Shown here piece by piece: positions 1 through 11,760 of a stretch of DNA of 64,000 nt. Position 1 is the stretch's first letter, and each line of letters starts with the position of its first letter. The DNA comes from the human T2T-CHM13v2.0 reference genome, Homo sapiens, in the NCBI RefSeq assembly GCF_009914755.1, contig NC_060928.1; one strand, written 5' to 3'. The notes beneath the pieces were generated by a model. That model was given only the letters and a program-made list of their open reading frames with translations, was not told the DNA's origin and searched no databases. A program made the translations under genes and the position numbers.

Positions 1-2363
1 CTTCTGTGACACACAAAATTTTACATAATAATTATAATTATTAATAACATATACTAATTCATATTAGAATTATAGGAGTTTCCCATAACTTTGAAACATA
101 TACCAATAACACTTTTATGCAAATATAGTCCAAAGAAAGCAAAACACTATTTCACATTTGATAATGCTTCCTGTATGATTTTATACCAAATAAGCCAAAT
201 TACACCTTTACATTAATGTGCTATTAATGTTAATCCCAATTTTTAATAAAACCTTATAGACATATTTAATCAATTTTAATGTTTAACCACAAGGTAATAT
301 TCTTATAAACCTTTTATAACCCTTTACATTTTTGTGAAACAGCAGATTAATGCTCTAAGAAAAATCTGTTGTGCTTCTATTCCAATGTTTAATTTACAGA
401 AAAATTGAATAATACCCTTTTAATTTTAGCCAATATGTTCACACACAGAATGTCTTACAATTAATTTTTATAAATCTTCCGTAACTTGTTTAAACCTTTA
501 GATTTTTTTTACTTAAAACAATCCTTTAACACTTTATTCTAGGCTGAAAAAATCCACATTCCTACGACTTCTTATAATCTTTCACCAAAAATACTTTTAC
601 TTTCTTTTCACACCTTTCATGAAAAATTGTTTCTTTAGTAGTTTTAATTACATGTTATAATGTTAAGTCTTAGCAACTTCTATTTTTGGTGAAAACCTTG
701 GTAAATTTGAGATTTTAATTATGTACTAGATGTGGAGCCTAGCCTAGGACACACCAGACAGAAGTGCATTTAACAGCTGGCCCTCCAGCATAGCTAGGGG
801 CTGTGGCTAACTCCACATATCCCAGGCCTTACCTTACTTAAGCAGGCAAGTTTTACAGTAAGAGTCATAGTGGCATTTTATGAAGCATTGAGGTGGCCTA
901 ACAACCTTTGAAATGTACATTTCTCACATAAATTTCCTTGCACAGATCCTTTCATGACTTACACAGACCATCTGAGATATCCTTGAACTTTCGGACTTGC
1001 CCTAAACATTCCTCCTATTAAACAACCAGTCATTTTACTTTAGGACAAGAATTTACCATACAAGATCGTTTCTTATATAAAATCTCTTTCTTTATAATCT
1101 TCCTTGTATAGTTAGGGGGCATGGCTAATTCCACATGTCCCCAGGCCTTATCTAGAATCTAATGGCTGTAAGGTAGGTAAATTGAATAGTTTTCAAAAGT
1201 CAAAGAAATCGTGTGACCTTGAAGCAGTTAGCAAATCTGATATCTGACCTCAATTTAGACCAAATATCTCCATTTTCAAGGCATTTTATATTACCAATAA
1301 TCTTTAAAACTGTCTTTTCCTAAAGATTACTAAAGTCATGTGAAGAAAAAGGCATTAAAATTCCCATTTTTCTGACAAATTATTTGATTTAAGCACTTAG
1401 TTTTCTAAGCCAATTAATTAGAGCTCTTTTATATATAAACATACAACACGTATAAATACATAGGCAGACAGAAGATTCAGCACTAGTAAGATTTTTCATT
1501 TGCCAGTTTCTTAATTGGATGACTGGCTTTAGGGTGGACCCCATAGAAGAACAGGGCCAGAAAAGCATGCCATTTTAGGGCCAAATAAGCAGCAAATAAA
1601 CAGCTGAAGGCAAAGACAGATCCCCAGAATTAAGAGTGCCATTTTTTACTGGTTCCTGGATCCCCCAAAGGAGGGAAATACTATGGGAGAAGACAGAGCA
1701 GTGCTTCTACTCTGCATTTCATTGCAAGGCAACCCAAATCCAATTAGCCTATTTTGTAATTAGCCCAACCTTCATGGGATTCCCATCTCCCAGTCAGGGT
1801 GGAGGTGTTTCCTTATCTTCCAGGTGGACAAAAGCATGCTTCTTTGATCCAAGTGTGCAAAGATTTGGTCAATTATCCCTCCATAACTACTATTAGCCAT
1901 CCCTTAAAGTATATTTCCTACCTAGTTATTACACACCAAAACTCTCTCATAATGCGAAGTAATTTCTGATACCCCCAAAACTCAAAACCATCAGATAACA
2001 CAATGCAAAACAGTACGGAAACCTTTGATTTTGAGAGGGATCTATCTGCTTTTAATTTCTAGGGTTTCATGAGGAAAACAGAAGTTTTTTTCCCAAAACG
2101 GGGTGCCTCCTCTATTTTTCCCAAGGAGTCCCAGGCTACCAGAAGTTATTTTAGGGCCTCTCGTGTGTGCATTAAGAGTGGCAAGACAAAAGAAATAGAG
2201 AATAATTCAGTCGACTGAGAAGAAAAAACCTTTTCCCAGAAAAACAAGTTCCAAGAAGAGAATAACATAAAGACCTTTTAAATATATCTATAGCTTGTTC
2301 ATCCATTTTTAATTAAGCTGACTTTTAACTGTAGCACTTTTTAAAAAAATCCTTTCAGATCTT

Positions 2364-2632
2364 AGCTGGGCGTGGTGGCTCATGCCTATAATCCCAGCAC
2401 TTTGGGAGGCCGAGACGGGCAGATCACGAGGTCAGGAGATGGAGACCATTCTGGCGAACATGGTGAAACCCCATCTCTACTAAAAATACAAAAAATTAGC
2501 CAGGCGTGGTGGCGGACGCCTGTAGTCCCAGCTACTCGGGAGGCTGAGGCGGGAGCATGGCGTGAACTCAGGAAGGGGAGCTTGCACTCCAGCCTGGATG
2601 ACAGAGCGAGACTCCGTCTCAAACAAACAAAC
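2364..2632 (+). mobile_element. Alu (AluY-like) with a 24-bp right-arm deletion
   Basis: Alu body with GGCGTGAAC/GAGCTTGCA diagnostics. 17-bp TSD AAAATCCTTTCAGATCT at 2346-2362 and 2633-2649. Confidence 0.95.
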
Positions 2633-2812
2633 AAAATCCTTTCAGATCTCTTATTACCCGACTTTAGCCTTGCCAAGCGGCCAATATTTCTAGCTTCTGA
2701 ACTTTACCAAAGGTAACCTCCTAGGTGCTTAGAGAAAGGAAAATTTAAGACAGTCCACGGACGAGAAGAGAATAGACAAGGTCACTCAGATACTAAACTA
2801 GACATGACTTAT

Positions 2813-2884
2813 TTTGTAGGTGGGGAATCGAACACCAGACAGCCACTGTGAAAGTGCAAGACCCTGACTACTGAGCTACAGCAC
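2813..2884 (-). pseudogene. Degenerate tRNA-Glu(TTC)-like sequence inside the ERV internal region
   Basis: Minus strand reads TAGCTCAGTAGTC (A-box-like), CTTTCAC (anticodon loop) and GTTCGATTCCC (B-box/T-loop) at tRNA-like spacing. Stems are poorly paired. Confidence 0.45.
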
Positions 2885-3257
2885 AGTCGCTACTTTGTCT
2901 CCCAGAAGAAGTCTAGAGTAGTTAATTTTGAGCTTCAAAATGTTTTTAACTATTTAATATGATTTTTAGAGCTAACTATGACATGAACCGTAAAATTCCT
3001 ATTCCCTGAAGGCGGAGACCAAAAGAAAGCACCACCACAGGGTTAAAAGATCAAGCTCCCAAGGACATAAAACAAGGTGGAGACTTCATCCAGTTTTTTT
3101 CTTTGTTTCAGGGACCTGAAGCCAAGTTTGTTACAGACCAGCTTGCCGGGTCATCTTCAAAAGCGGGCTTACAGGTGTTCTAAGCCCATGTTTTATCCCA
3201 AAGATAAACGAATTCAAGCACAAAATACACCAGCTTAAGATTAGACTTAGAATTCTC

Positions 3258-3510
3258 AGCTGGGCGCAGTGGCTTATGCCTATAATCCCAGCACTTTGGG
3301 AGGCCGAGGTGGGTGGATCACCTGAAGTCGGGACTTCGAGACCAGCCTGACCAACATAGAGAAACCCCATCTCTACTAAAAATACAAAATTAACTGGGCA
3401 TGGTGGCTACTTGGGAGGCTGAGGCAGGAGAATCGCTTGAACCTGGGAGGTGGGGGTTGCACTCCAGCCTGGGCAACAAGAGTGAAGCTCTGTCTCAAAA
3501 AATAAAATAA
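3258..3510 (+). mobile_element. Alu (AluSp/Sq-like) with two internal deletions
   Basis: CCTGACCAACATAGAGAAACCC and GGGCAACAAGAG diagnostics; deletions near 3407 and 3461. Confidence 0.92.
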
Positions 3511-4616
3511 CTGTTTTTTGCATTAATCTAAACTTCACAGGGAAGATAAATACTGATTTTTTTTGAACCATTTATTCAACTGTTTGCACAGAGAAAGAGA
3601 AGCCAGAAATCTGATGGGTAAGAAATTCTTACCCTTTTCCCTGCATGTCAGGCTTCTAGGTTCCCTTTTCCTAAGCAGCCCTAGTGATCCAGCTTGCAGC
3701 AGCATTGCCCTGGGGGCCAAGTCACATCATAAAGAAAAATTATTTTTTTTTCATTCTGGCCAGAGCAAAATACATGTGATAAAACATAGACATTAGCCAC
3801 TCTGCTTAGCACCCAATATCAAACTGGCAAGGCTTAAATTTGCCCTCAGATGGGCCCCATCATCTTTAATCCAACCTCTGACTAGGAGTTTCAACATGTG
3901 GTCTCTGGGAAAGATGGTCACCCTAAGTAATAGAAAAGATGAGAAAGGGAAAGGAGAGAAAGACAAACATTACCTGTGGCAGGTGGCGAAGGCAAAATTC
4001 TCAGGGCGGCCAGAGAAAGATCCACCCACTGCAGCGACACTGAAAATTTCAGGAGGCTGCTGTTGTGAAGGGATTTTTTTTCCAGCAGTTTCATTAGCTC
4101 TCAAGTTTCTCCTTTTGGTAGAGAAAAAAGCTCCCCTGTCCCACGATGCTGTACATGCCTAACCCTGCCACCCACGGCCATCAGCAAAGAGTTCAAGGCA
4201 GATTAATCCAAAGAGAATAGAAGTTAACATCCCACAGTGCCAAATTTATTCTTAGCCGAGAGGGACTTTACTGAGAGGGGCCTCTAACCCCCTAAATCTA
4301 AGGGACTCTAACCCTCCTAAGTTGGGCCTCTAACCCGAGGTTGGTCAAGCTTCCTTGCATTTTATTAAGAGGGGCCTCTAACCCACTCTGTCGTAGGAGA
4401 GACTCTAACTCCCCTAAGTTGGGCCTCTAACCCAATCCCATTCTTTATCTGGGTACCCCACCACTTACCCAAAGTCATCCAATCAGTTCTCCAGTCTAGT
4501 TCCTTTGGGTCAAGGGTGGCCTCAGTTTGTCCCTTTCGTGGTTTGTGAGAAAGATGTTACTGGACCCCACCACTTACCCAAAGTTAGCCTTTGGGTAGGG
4601 GGTTTCTGCAGTATAG

Positions 4617-5690
4617 TATCGGGGGAAACAGCCCCCAATATTTCAAAGTAGGTTCTTTTCTATTTTCCCTAAGTGTCGGCTGGTCTGAGAAATAAAGGGA
4701 AAGAGTACAAAAGAGAGAAATTTTACAGCTGGCTCTCCAGGGGTGACATCCCATGTTGGCAGTTTCCGTGATGCCCCTGAGCCTGAAAACCAGCAAGTTT
4801 TTATTAGCAATTTTCAAAGGGGAGGGAGTGTACGAATAGGGTGTGGGTCACAGAGATCACATGCTTCAAAAGGCAATAAATTGTCACAAGGCAAATGGGG
4901 GCAGAGCAAGATCACAAGGCCAGGGCAAAATTAGAATTGCTGATGAGGTTTCATGTCCCACTGTGCACGCATTGTCATTGATAAACATCTTAACAGGAAA
5001 CAGGGTTCGAGAGCAGACAACTGGTCTGGCTACAATTTGCCAGGCTGGAATTTCCTAATCCTAGCAAGCACTGCACGAGACCAGGGTGTATTTCATCCCT
5101 TATCTTCAACTGCATGAGACAGACACTCCCAGAGTGGCCATTTTAAAGGCTTTCCTCTGGGAATGCATTCTTTTCCCAGGGCTGTTCCCTGCAGAGAAAA
5201 AGAATTCAGCGATATTTCTCCTATTCACTTTTGCAAGAAGAGAAATATGACTGTTCTGCCTGGCCCTGCAGGCCAGTCAGACCTTATGGTTATCTCCCTT
5301 GTTCCCTGAAAATTGCTGTTATCCTGTTTTTTTAGGATGGCCAGATTTCATATTGTTCAAACACATGTTTTACAAACAATTTGTACAGATAACGCAATCA
5401 TCACAGGGTCCTGAGGCGACATATATCCTCAGCTTAGGAAGATGACAGGATTAAGAGATTAAAGTAAAGACAGGCATAGGAAATTATAAGAGTATCGATT
5501 GGGGAAGTGATAAATGTCCATTGAAATCTTCACAATTTATGTTCAGAGATTGCAGTAAAGACAGGTGTAAGAAATTATAAAAGTATTAATTTGGGGAACT
5601 AATAAGTGTCCATGAAATCTTCACAATTTATGTCCTTCTGCCATGGCTTCAGCCAGTCCCTCCATTTGGGGTCCCTGACTTCCCGCAACA
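4617..5690 (-). mobile_element. MER11 solo LTR (HERV-K HML-8 family), 1074 bp
   Basis: Minus strand starts TGTTGCGGGAAGTCAGGGACCCC, as recalled for MER11. Perfect 6-bp TSD GTATAG at 4611-4616 and 5691-5696. Confidence 0.9.
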
Positions 5691-5782
5691 GTATAGTCAC
5701 TTCTGTGGTTGTCAGAAAGATGTCACAGGACCCCAACACTTACCCAAAGGTAGCCATTGGGTCAGGATTTCTGCACTATATG

Positions 5783-5800
5783 GTCCCTTTGTAGTCGCCA
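5783..5800 (-). promoter_or_regulatory. Retroviral primer binding site, tRNA-Arg(TCG)-type
   Basis: Plus strand GTCCCTTTGTAGTCGCCA matches the recalled tRNA-Arg(TCG) 3' end GTCCCTTCGTGGTCGCCA at 16/18 positions and lies 6 nt from the LTR end. Confidence 0.75.
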
Positions 5801-5806
5801 GAAATA

Positions 5807-6360
5807 TGTTACAGGAAAGGGGTCCTAATCCAGACCCCAAGAGAGGGTTCTTGGATCTCGTACAAGAAAGAATTCAGGGTGAGTCCATAGGGCAAACTGA
5901 AAGTAAATTTACTAAGAAAGTAAAGGGATAAAAGAATGCCTACTCCATAGACAGAGCAGCCCTGAGGGCTGCTTGTTGCCCATTTTTATGGTTACTTCTT
6001 GATGATATGCTAAACAAGGGGTGGATTATTCATGCCTTCCCTTTTTAGGCCATATAGGGTAGCTTCCTGATGTTACCATGGCATTTGTAAGCTGTCATGG
6101 TGCTGGTGGGAGCATAGCAGTGAGGACAACCAGAGGTCGCTCTCGTGGCCATTTTGTCTTTGGTGGCTTTTGGCTGGCTCCTTTATTGCAACCTGTTTCA
6201 TCAGCAAGGTCTTTATGACCTGTATTTTGTGTTGACCTCCTATCTCATCCTGTGACTTAAAATGCCTTAACTATCTGGGAATGCAGCCCAGTAGGTTTCA
6301 GCCTCATTTTACCCAGCTCCTATTTAAGATGGAGTTAGTCTGGTTCACACACCTCTGACA
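5807..6360 (-). mobile_element. MER41A LTR (5' LTR of the provirus), 554 bp
   Basis: Minus strand TGTCAGAGG...CCCCTTTCCTGTAACA, with TG..CA ends; sequence and length match the recalled MER41A consensus. Confidence 0.9.
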
Positions 6361-6504
6361 GTGTTCTTCACTGAAATCAGGGTAGACACTTCTGCAAGTT
6401 CAGTGCTAGGTTGATAAATGTGAAATATGTCTTCTATGTTTGGTAAAAGGCAGTGTTACAAAGAATAGTGGTACTACTGCTTTATGTTTACATAAAGCAG
6501 TTGT

Positions 6505-6692
6505 CAAAGTATTTTCACAAACACCATCTCATTTGATACCCACAGCATCCCCATGAAATAATTTAGTTGGTTATCAGTAGTCCCACTTTAGAGATAAGAA
6601 TACTGAGGCCTCAAATGTTTAAATAATTTTCCAAAGGTCACAAAGGAGGTATTAGGGTGAGGATTGAACTTTGGTCTTCTGACTCTAAATCT
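6505..6692 (-). mobile_element. MIR SINE
   Basis: Reverse MIR core (CCCACTTTAGAGATAAGAATACTGAGGC...GGATTGAAC). Confidence 0.7.
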
Positions 6693-6873
6693 TGAGACCA
6701 CTGAATTTAGTACTTAATTATTCTTCTTAACTTCATGAATGTTAGGTTGCTATTTTCCAATTAGAGTATATAGTCTCTGAAGAAAAGGATAATAGTATAT
6801 ATTTTTGTCTTGGAGTTTCTTGATCTTGACACTATTTACCTTTTGTGTCAGGGTAACATTTTGTTACTTTTTT

Positions 6874-7017
6874 GCATTATAAAGTGTTTAGTAGCACCCC
6901 TGGCCTCTACCCACTAAATAGTAGTAAAACATGCCAAGTTGTGACAACCAAATATGTCTCTAGTCATTGTCAAATATTCCCTGAAGGGCAAATTTCCCTC
7001 TTGGTTGAAAATCACTG
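6874..7017 (-). mobile_element. MER20 DNA transposon fragment
   Basis: CCTGGCCTCTACCCACTA...GTTGTGACAACCAAA...GGTTGAAAATCACTG terminus. Confidence 0.7.
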
Positions 7018-7384
7018 ATTTAGTCCTTCTACCATACCGGGCACATAGGAGATGGCTGTAAATTTCTGGAGAACTAATAAAGTGTTTTAAATAGAAACTT
7101 GTTAAACAATGAAGCTGAACTGAAGGGTAAGATGAAGGACTTGGCCTTTTTATCATTTGTAACAGTGCCTAACAAGTCAGGGAAGTCTGTGCTGATTAGT
7201 GAAATAATGTTATAGGAACAGATTTGGGAAGAGAAGAGAGGGACATGCTTCTTTTAAAGTAGATATGCCCCCAATTTTGCATGTACTTCCACACTGAAAC
7301 AGTGAGCCTTGATGAAGGACACACTCATGTATATTTCACTTGTTTAGAAATCCCAGCCACTGAGGAAGAGCTCATTAAAGGGCT

Positions 7385-7555
7385 CTGAGTAGAAGGAGCC
7401 TGGGACTTGAGCACCTGGGGACTGGAGTCTATTTCTATCTCTGCTACTAACCAAGTAGTAAGACCTTTGGCAGGTCACTGCACTTTTCTGGACTGAGTCC
7501 TCATTCATAAAATGAGAAGGTTGGAATATATTACATCTTAGGTACTTTCCAAATC
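7385..7555 (+). mobile_element. MIR SINE
   Basis: Core-like GACCTTTGGCAGGTCACT...CTCATTCATAAAATGAG. Confidence 0.6.
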
Positions 7556-8959
7556 AAATATTTATTTATGATTTTACAATATAGGTCCTCAATCCCCTAT
7601 TTGTAAACCTTGGGATTGCATGTCACATGTTACTGAATTCATGCTTTTCATATTCTTTCAAAGGTAATAAATTGCACAAGCTCTTTTTAAATAATATTTC
7701 CAATAGGTGTTGGAGCAACAACCCCAAATTATTTCTTCTGTAAAATGATGGCTATTCACCTTCAATTGGATAAAGATTATTAACAGCCTCGAATCAGTTC
7801 AGGTTAGATTTTGTTGCCAAATCAGTTTGTCACAAAAGCAAACGACAACTTTTCATTTTCAGACCAGTAGACTTCAGCATTGTAGATATGTAATTGTGTA
7901 CATGTACTCAGTTTTGATTATTGATAATTGATTAGGAAGCCCTGTTGTAAATAAAGTCTGCTAAATAAATCTAGGGTATACTTTTTTTCTAGCCCTATGG
8001 AAGATAAACTTTTATTTTATTTTTTAAAATCTTATCTTAATACTTATCTCTTGGTTCCCAATTTTAAAGCTGCCACAATAGCCATTCTCTCAGACCTTGA
8101 TTTTTATTCCAATATTTCATCATTATGCAAAACATTATTATCCCAGCAACATGCGTATATGGGAAAATATGAATAAAAATGAAAATCAAAAGAACTCTTT
8201 CTTTTTCTTAATAAAAAAGCATGTAATAAATTTCATGAAAGCAGTAATAAAATGAAAATTTATCAAAAACCTAACACACAAGTAATTTAACAAATAAAAG
8301 GTTATTGTTTGTTTTATTCTATTTTAATTCAGGTCATATTAACCTGCCCTTTGGTCAAGTGAAAAAAAATATTCAGTAAATGTTTGCAGGCAATGCTACC
8401 AGAAAGCTTGTCGTTCCTGGCCAGCACAGATGTCAAGTTCTCAGGTTGAACTAAAGTTTTACTCCTGTAGGTCTCAATTCCCCAAATTGCTATTAATAGT
8501 GCTGCCAACCATGGCACTTTCCTTCACTCCCTCAGCACTTTCTGTCACAGACTAATAATACTCCACAACAGAAAAACACCATTGGACTAAGTATGTCAAA
8601 AGGCTTCACCAAATAGAAAATGTATGTTCATTGTTCTGAAAAAGAAACCCAGGCCCTTGGGGAAGCAGCAGTTATTAATAAAGTCATACAGTCTTTCCAC
8701 TAGGAGCTAAGAGCACAATAGAATTGCCTTGACCCTCTATGAACAGCAAAGTGTAAAACTAAAGCTTTAGATATTCTAAGACATAGAGAAATTGAGAGAG
8801 AGAGAGAGAGAGAAGAGGTTGGGTGAGGGATAGAGGAGGAAGGAAAAGAGTAAGGGAAGAGGTTGTAATTGGTGTTGGTTATGGAAATCTGCCAGGAAAT
8901 ATCTAGCAGTTTAGTTGTCTATTTTGTCTTATTCATTGCTCTAATAATGATAATATATC

Positions 8960-9900
8960 TAATATCATAAAAGTAGCAATAATTATTATTATAAATGTCA
9001 AGGACTGTGCTAGGTTTGGGGAGTAAAATGATGAACAAGACATCTGAAGTTTACAGATTTTGTTATTATAATTGACACATAATAACTGTATATATTTATG
9101 GGGTACAGAGTGATATTTTGATACATGTATACATGTATACAATGTATAGTGATGGAACCAGAGTAATTAGCATACCCATTCCCTCAAACATTTATCGTTT
9201 CTTTATGTTGGTAACATTCAAAATCCTCTCTTCTAGCTATTTGAAAATATACAATGAGTTATGGTTAACTACAGTCATCCTACAGTACTATTAGAATACT
9301 AGAACTTATTCTTCCAATCTGGCTGTAACTGTGTATCCATTAGCCCACTTTTCTCTATCCTCCCTACCCCCATTCTTGCAAGCCTCTAGGAACTACAGAC
9401 TGGTGTTGTAAATCAATAATAAACAAGTAAGAAAAAATATGTAATTTTAGATAATGATAAATGGTGCAAAGGAAATCAACCATGTAATCAAATCACACAA
9501 CTTGTGTAGAATACTTTCAATGGGATTCTCTGGGAAGACCTTTCTGGAAGGTGGGAGTTAAACTGCAACCTGAAGGAGGAGAATAAGTAAGTCACAGGAG
9601 GCACTCTCACTGCCAAAGCCAGAGATAAGAAGCGTTTGGAAGATGGTTAGAAAAGGAAGGAGGCAGGGTGATGAAGTTAGATCCAGGACTGCAGGGTCTG
9701 ACAAATCATAGGAAGGTGTCTGTTTCAGAGGAAGAGCAATGAAAAGGGATGGAAGATTTAAGCAAAGGAGAGCTCACTTGGTTCATCGTTTTAAGTAAAT
9801 ATGCCAGCTGCCTTGTGGAGAATGAATTGGGAAGGGGGAATAGCAGAAGTAAGAGCACTGGTAAGAAGGCTGATTTGGATGAGGATATTGCAAGACTATG
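8960..9900 (-). mobile_element. L2 fragment interrupted by an L1MA 3' end
   Basis: L2-like purine-rich text (ACTGTGCTAGG, TGAAGGAGGAGAA, TGTGGAGAATGAATTGG). Bounds approximate. Confidence 0.55.
9058..9396 (-). mobile_element. L1MA-type 3' end
   Basis: TTGACACATAATAACTGTATATATTTATGGGGTACA...AAAATCCTCTCTTCTAGCTATTTG, typical of L1MA 3' UTRs. Confidence 0.85.
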
Positions 9901-10664
9901 AGAATGTTCTCAGCAGGTATCAGACTGAGACATTAAGACTAAGGACTAATCAATGAGAAGATAGGATGACCTTCTTATGTCATCTTCCTTGAAGCTTATA
10001 ATTTTTATAAGCTTTGCATGCATGTTTCTATTTCCAACTTGCCATTTCTATATGATTTTTAAAAACTATGTTTATTTCATGGTGTGGATCATTTTTTAAG
10101 TAATCCAAATATGGGTAAGACATCCACAAAGACCATATTGTTAGAGTGGTAAGCATTCACACTGACAGCAGAGGAACAATTCCTCTTTAACTTGTCCAAA
10201 TCCTGCAGAATATTAAAGACTTAAATTCTATTTCCTTTCAACCTTTATCTTCTAGGTTAAAAAATTCTAATATCTATCCTGATATGAAATCCCCTTTATT
10301 ATTGTACCAATATTAGGCCCTCTTACAACTCTTTTTTTCCAGGTTGGCTAGTGGATTTTCTGGAGGTGTAGAGTTAGTATTGCATTTGAAGACACACATA
10401 GGTATTATGTTTTATTTTGTTTCTTTTGGAGCCAAATTTTACCTTGTCATATGTATTATGTTTAAATGGGCCAACAATTGATTCAGGTAGGAACTATGGG
10501 GAGTGAAGAGGACACCTTTTGGGGTGTGTGTGTTTGTCTGTGTGTGTGTAAACTTCTTGGTCAGGTTTTCATATGTCTTAGTGAACATTCGTCAGCCTGT
10601 TAAGACTGCTTTCATGGTTGGCTGAGTGGTCTCGATGCCACTGATGAAATGAGGATTAAGACAT

Positions 10665-11145
10665 TTAATTAGTTATATATTGTTGTGTAACAAATTTCCA
10701 AACCTAGCAACTTATAACAACAATAAACATTTATTATTGCATGTTTCTATTGATCAGGAATTCAGGAGTCACTTGGCTGGTTGGTTGTTGCAGTCAAGAT
10801 GCCTGCCAGGGCTGCAGTCATAAGTTTGAACAAAGCTAAAAGATCTGCTTCCAGAATGTCTCACTCACATGTTCACAAATTGAAACTGGCTCTTGGCAAG
10901 AAGCCACAGTTCCTTCCAAGGGTGGCTTGGGAATCCTCATGACATGGCAGCTGGCTTCCCCCAAAGATAGGAATCCAAGAGAGAGTGAGGTATAAGCCAC
11001 AACATCTTTTATGACCTAACCTTGGAAGCCATATTTCATCATTTCTGCAACTTCCAGTTGATTACAGGATGCAATTGAATGTACACGCAGGCAAAAATAC
11101 CAGGAAGTGAAAACTACTGGGAACCATCTTTGAAGTAGTCTACAT
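10665..11145 (-). mobile_element. MLT1-family MaLR LTR
   Basis: TTGTGTAACAAA, GATCAGGAATTCAGG, GGCAGCTGGCTTCCCC and CTGGGAACCATCTT motifs. Confidence 0.7.
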
Positions 11146-11431
11146 CCTGTCTACAGGATGTAAACCAGAATAGGAAAGAGTAGATTGTAAAGGAGCAGGT
11201 GTGGAATAAGACACACCCTATGGCAGGGAAAACAATTGCTTCTCCTTTGGGGAAGTCCCACTGATCAGATGCATTATCTGAAAGGTATAGCAACAAATGC
11301 CACTGCTGGAATGTAGAGAGCCAAGCAAAGTGTTATAAGGGTATGATTGGGCATCAAAACGTAGCATCCTTTCAAGCCAGAACAAGAAGTATTTTGATTC
11401 AGATGGGCACTTAGCCAGCATCTGGAAAAAC

Positions 11432-11760
11432 ATTATTCATTGTTCACTTATTTAGTACATGTTTACTGAACAACAACTGTACACTGGCCACTAAGGATCT
11501 AAGGGGAAGATGAACACCCTGTCATTAGGAAGCTTAAAACCTAGTAGGGACTATGTAGAGGTAAAAAGGTAATGACGCTATCATGTGGTGAGCTCTGTGA
11601 TTGCAGAACTACAGAATGGTTCAGATGTCACAGGAGGAACATTTGGCCAAATATTGAGAGGGGCTAAAGGAGGAAGAGACATTGGAGCCAAAATTTAAGA
11701 AGGAGTTACCAAGTGAAAGATGAGGAGACAGGGAGTGTTCCAAACCAAAAGATAACACAC
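11432..11760 (-). mobile_element. L2 3' fragment
   Basis: ATTCATT...ATGTTTACTGAACA followed by L2-like body. Confidence 0.5.

Larger units (their letters stand above)
1..5806 (-). mobile_element. ERV1 internal region (MER41-int/MER4-group-like), non-coding and decayed; continues beyond the left window edge; interrupted by two Alus and a MER11 LTR
   Basis: Directly abuts the MER41A LTR through a PBS. AT-rich internal sequence with internal repeats (793-835 vs 1111-1150). No gag/pol/env ORF in the track. Confidence 0.75.

Noticed and set aside
5463-5632. Tandem duplication of about 88 bp inside MER11
   Set aside because: As recalled, this duplication is part of the MER11 consensus and is not locus-specific.
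5807-6360. Interferon-inducible STAT1 enhancer in MER41
   Set aside because: The tandem GAS sites are described for MER41B. This copy is MER41A-type and I do not see the tandem TTCNNNGAA pair.
8795-8812. (GA)n and other microsatellites (10524 TG, 14478 GA, 25916 TA, 35683 TA)
   Set aside because: Ordinary short tandem repeats.
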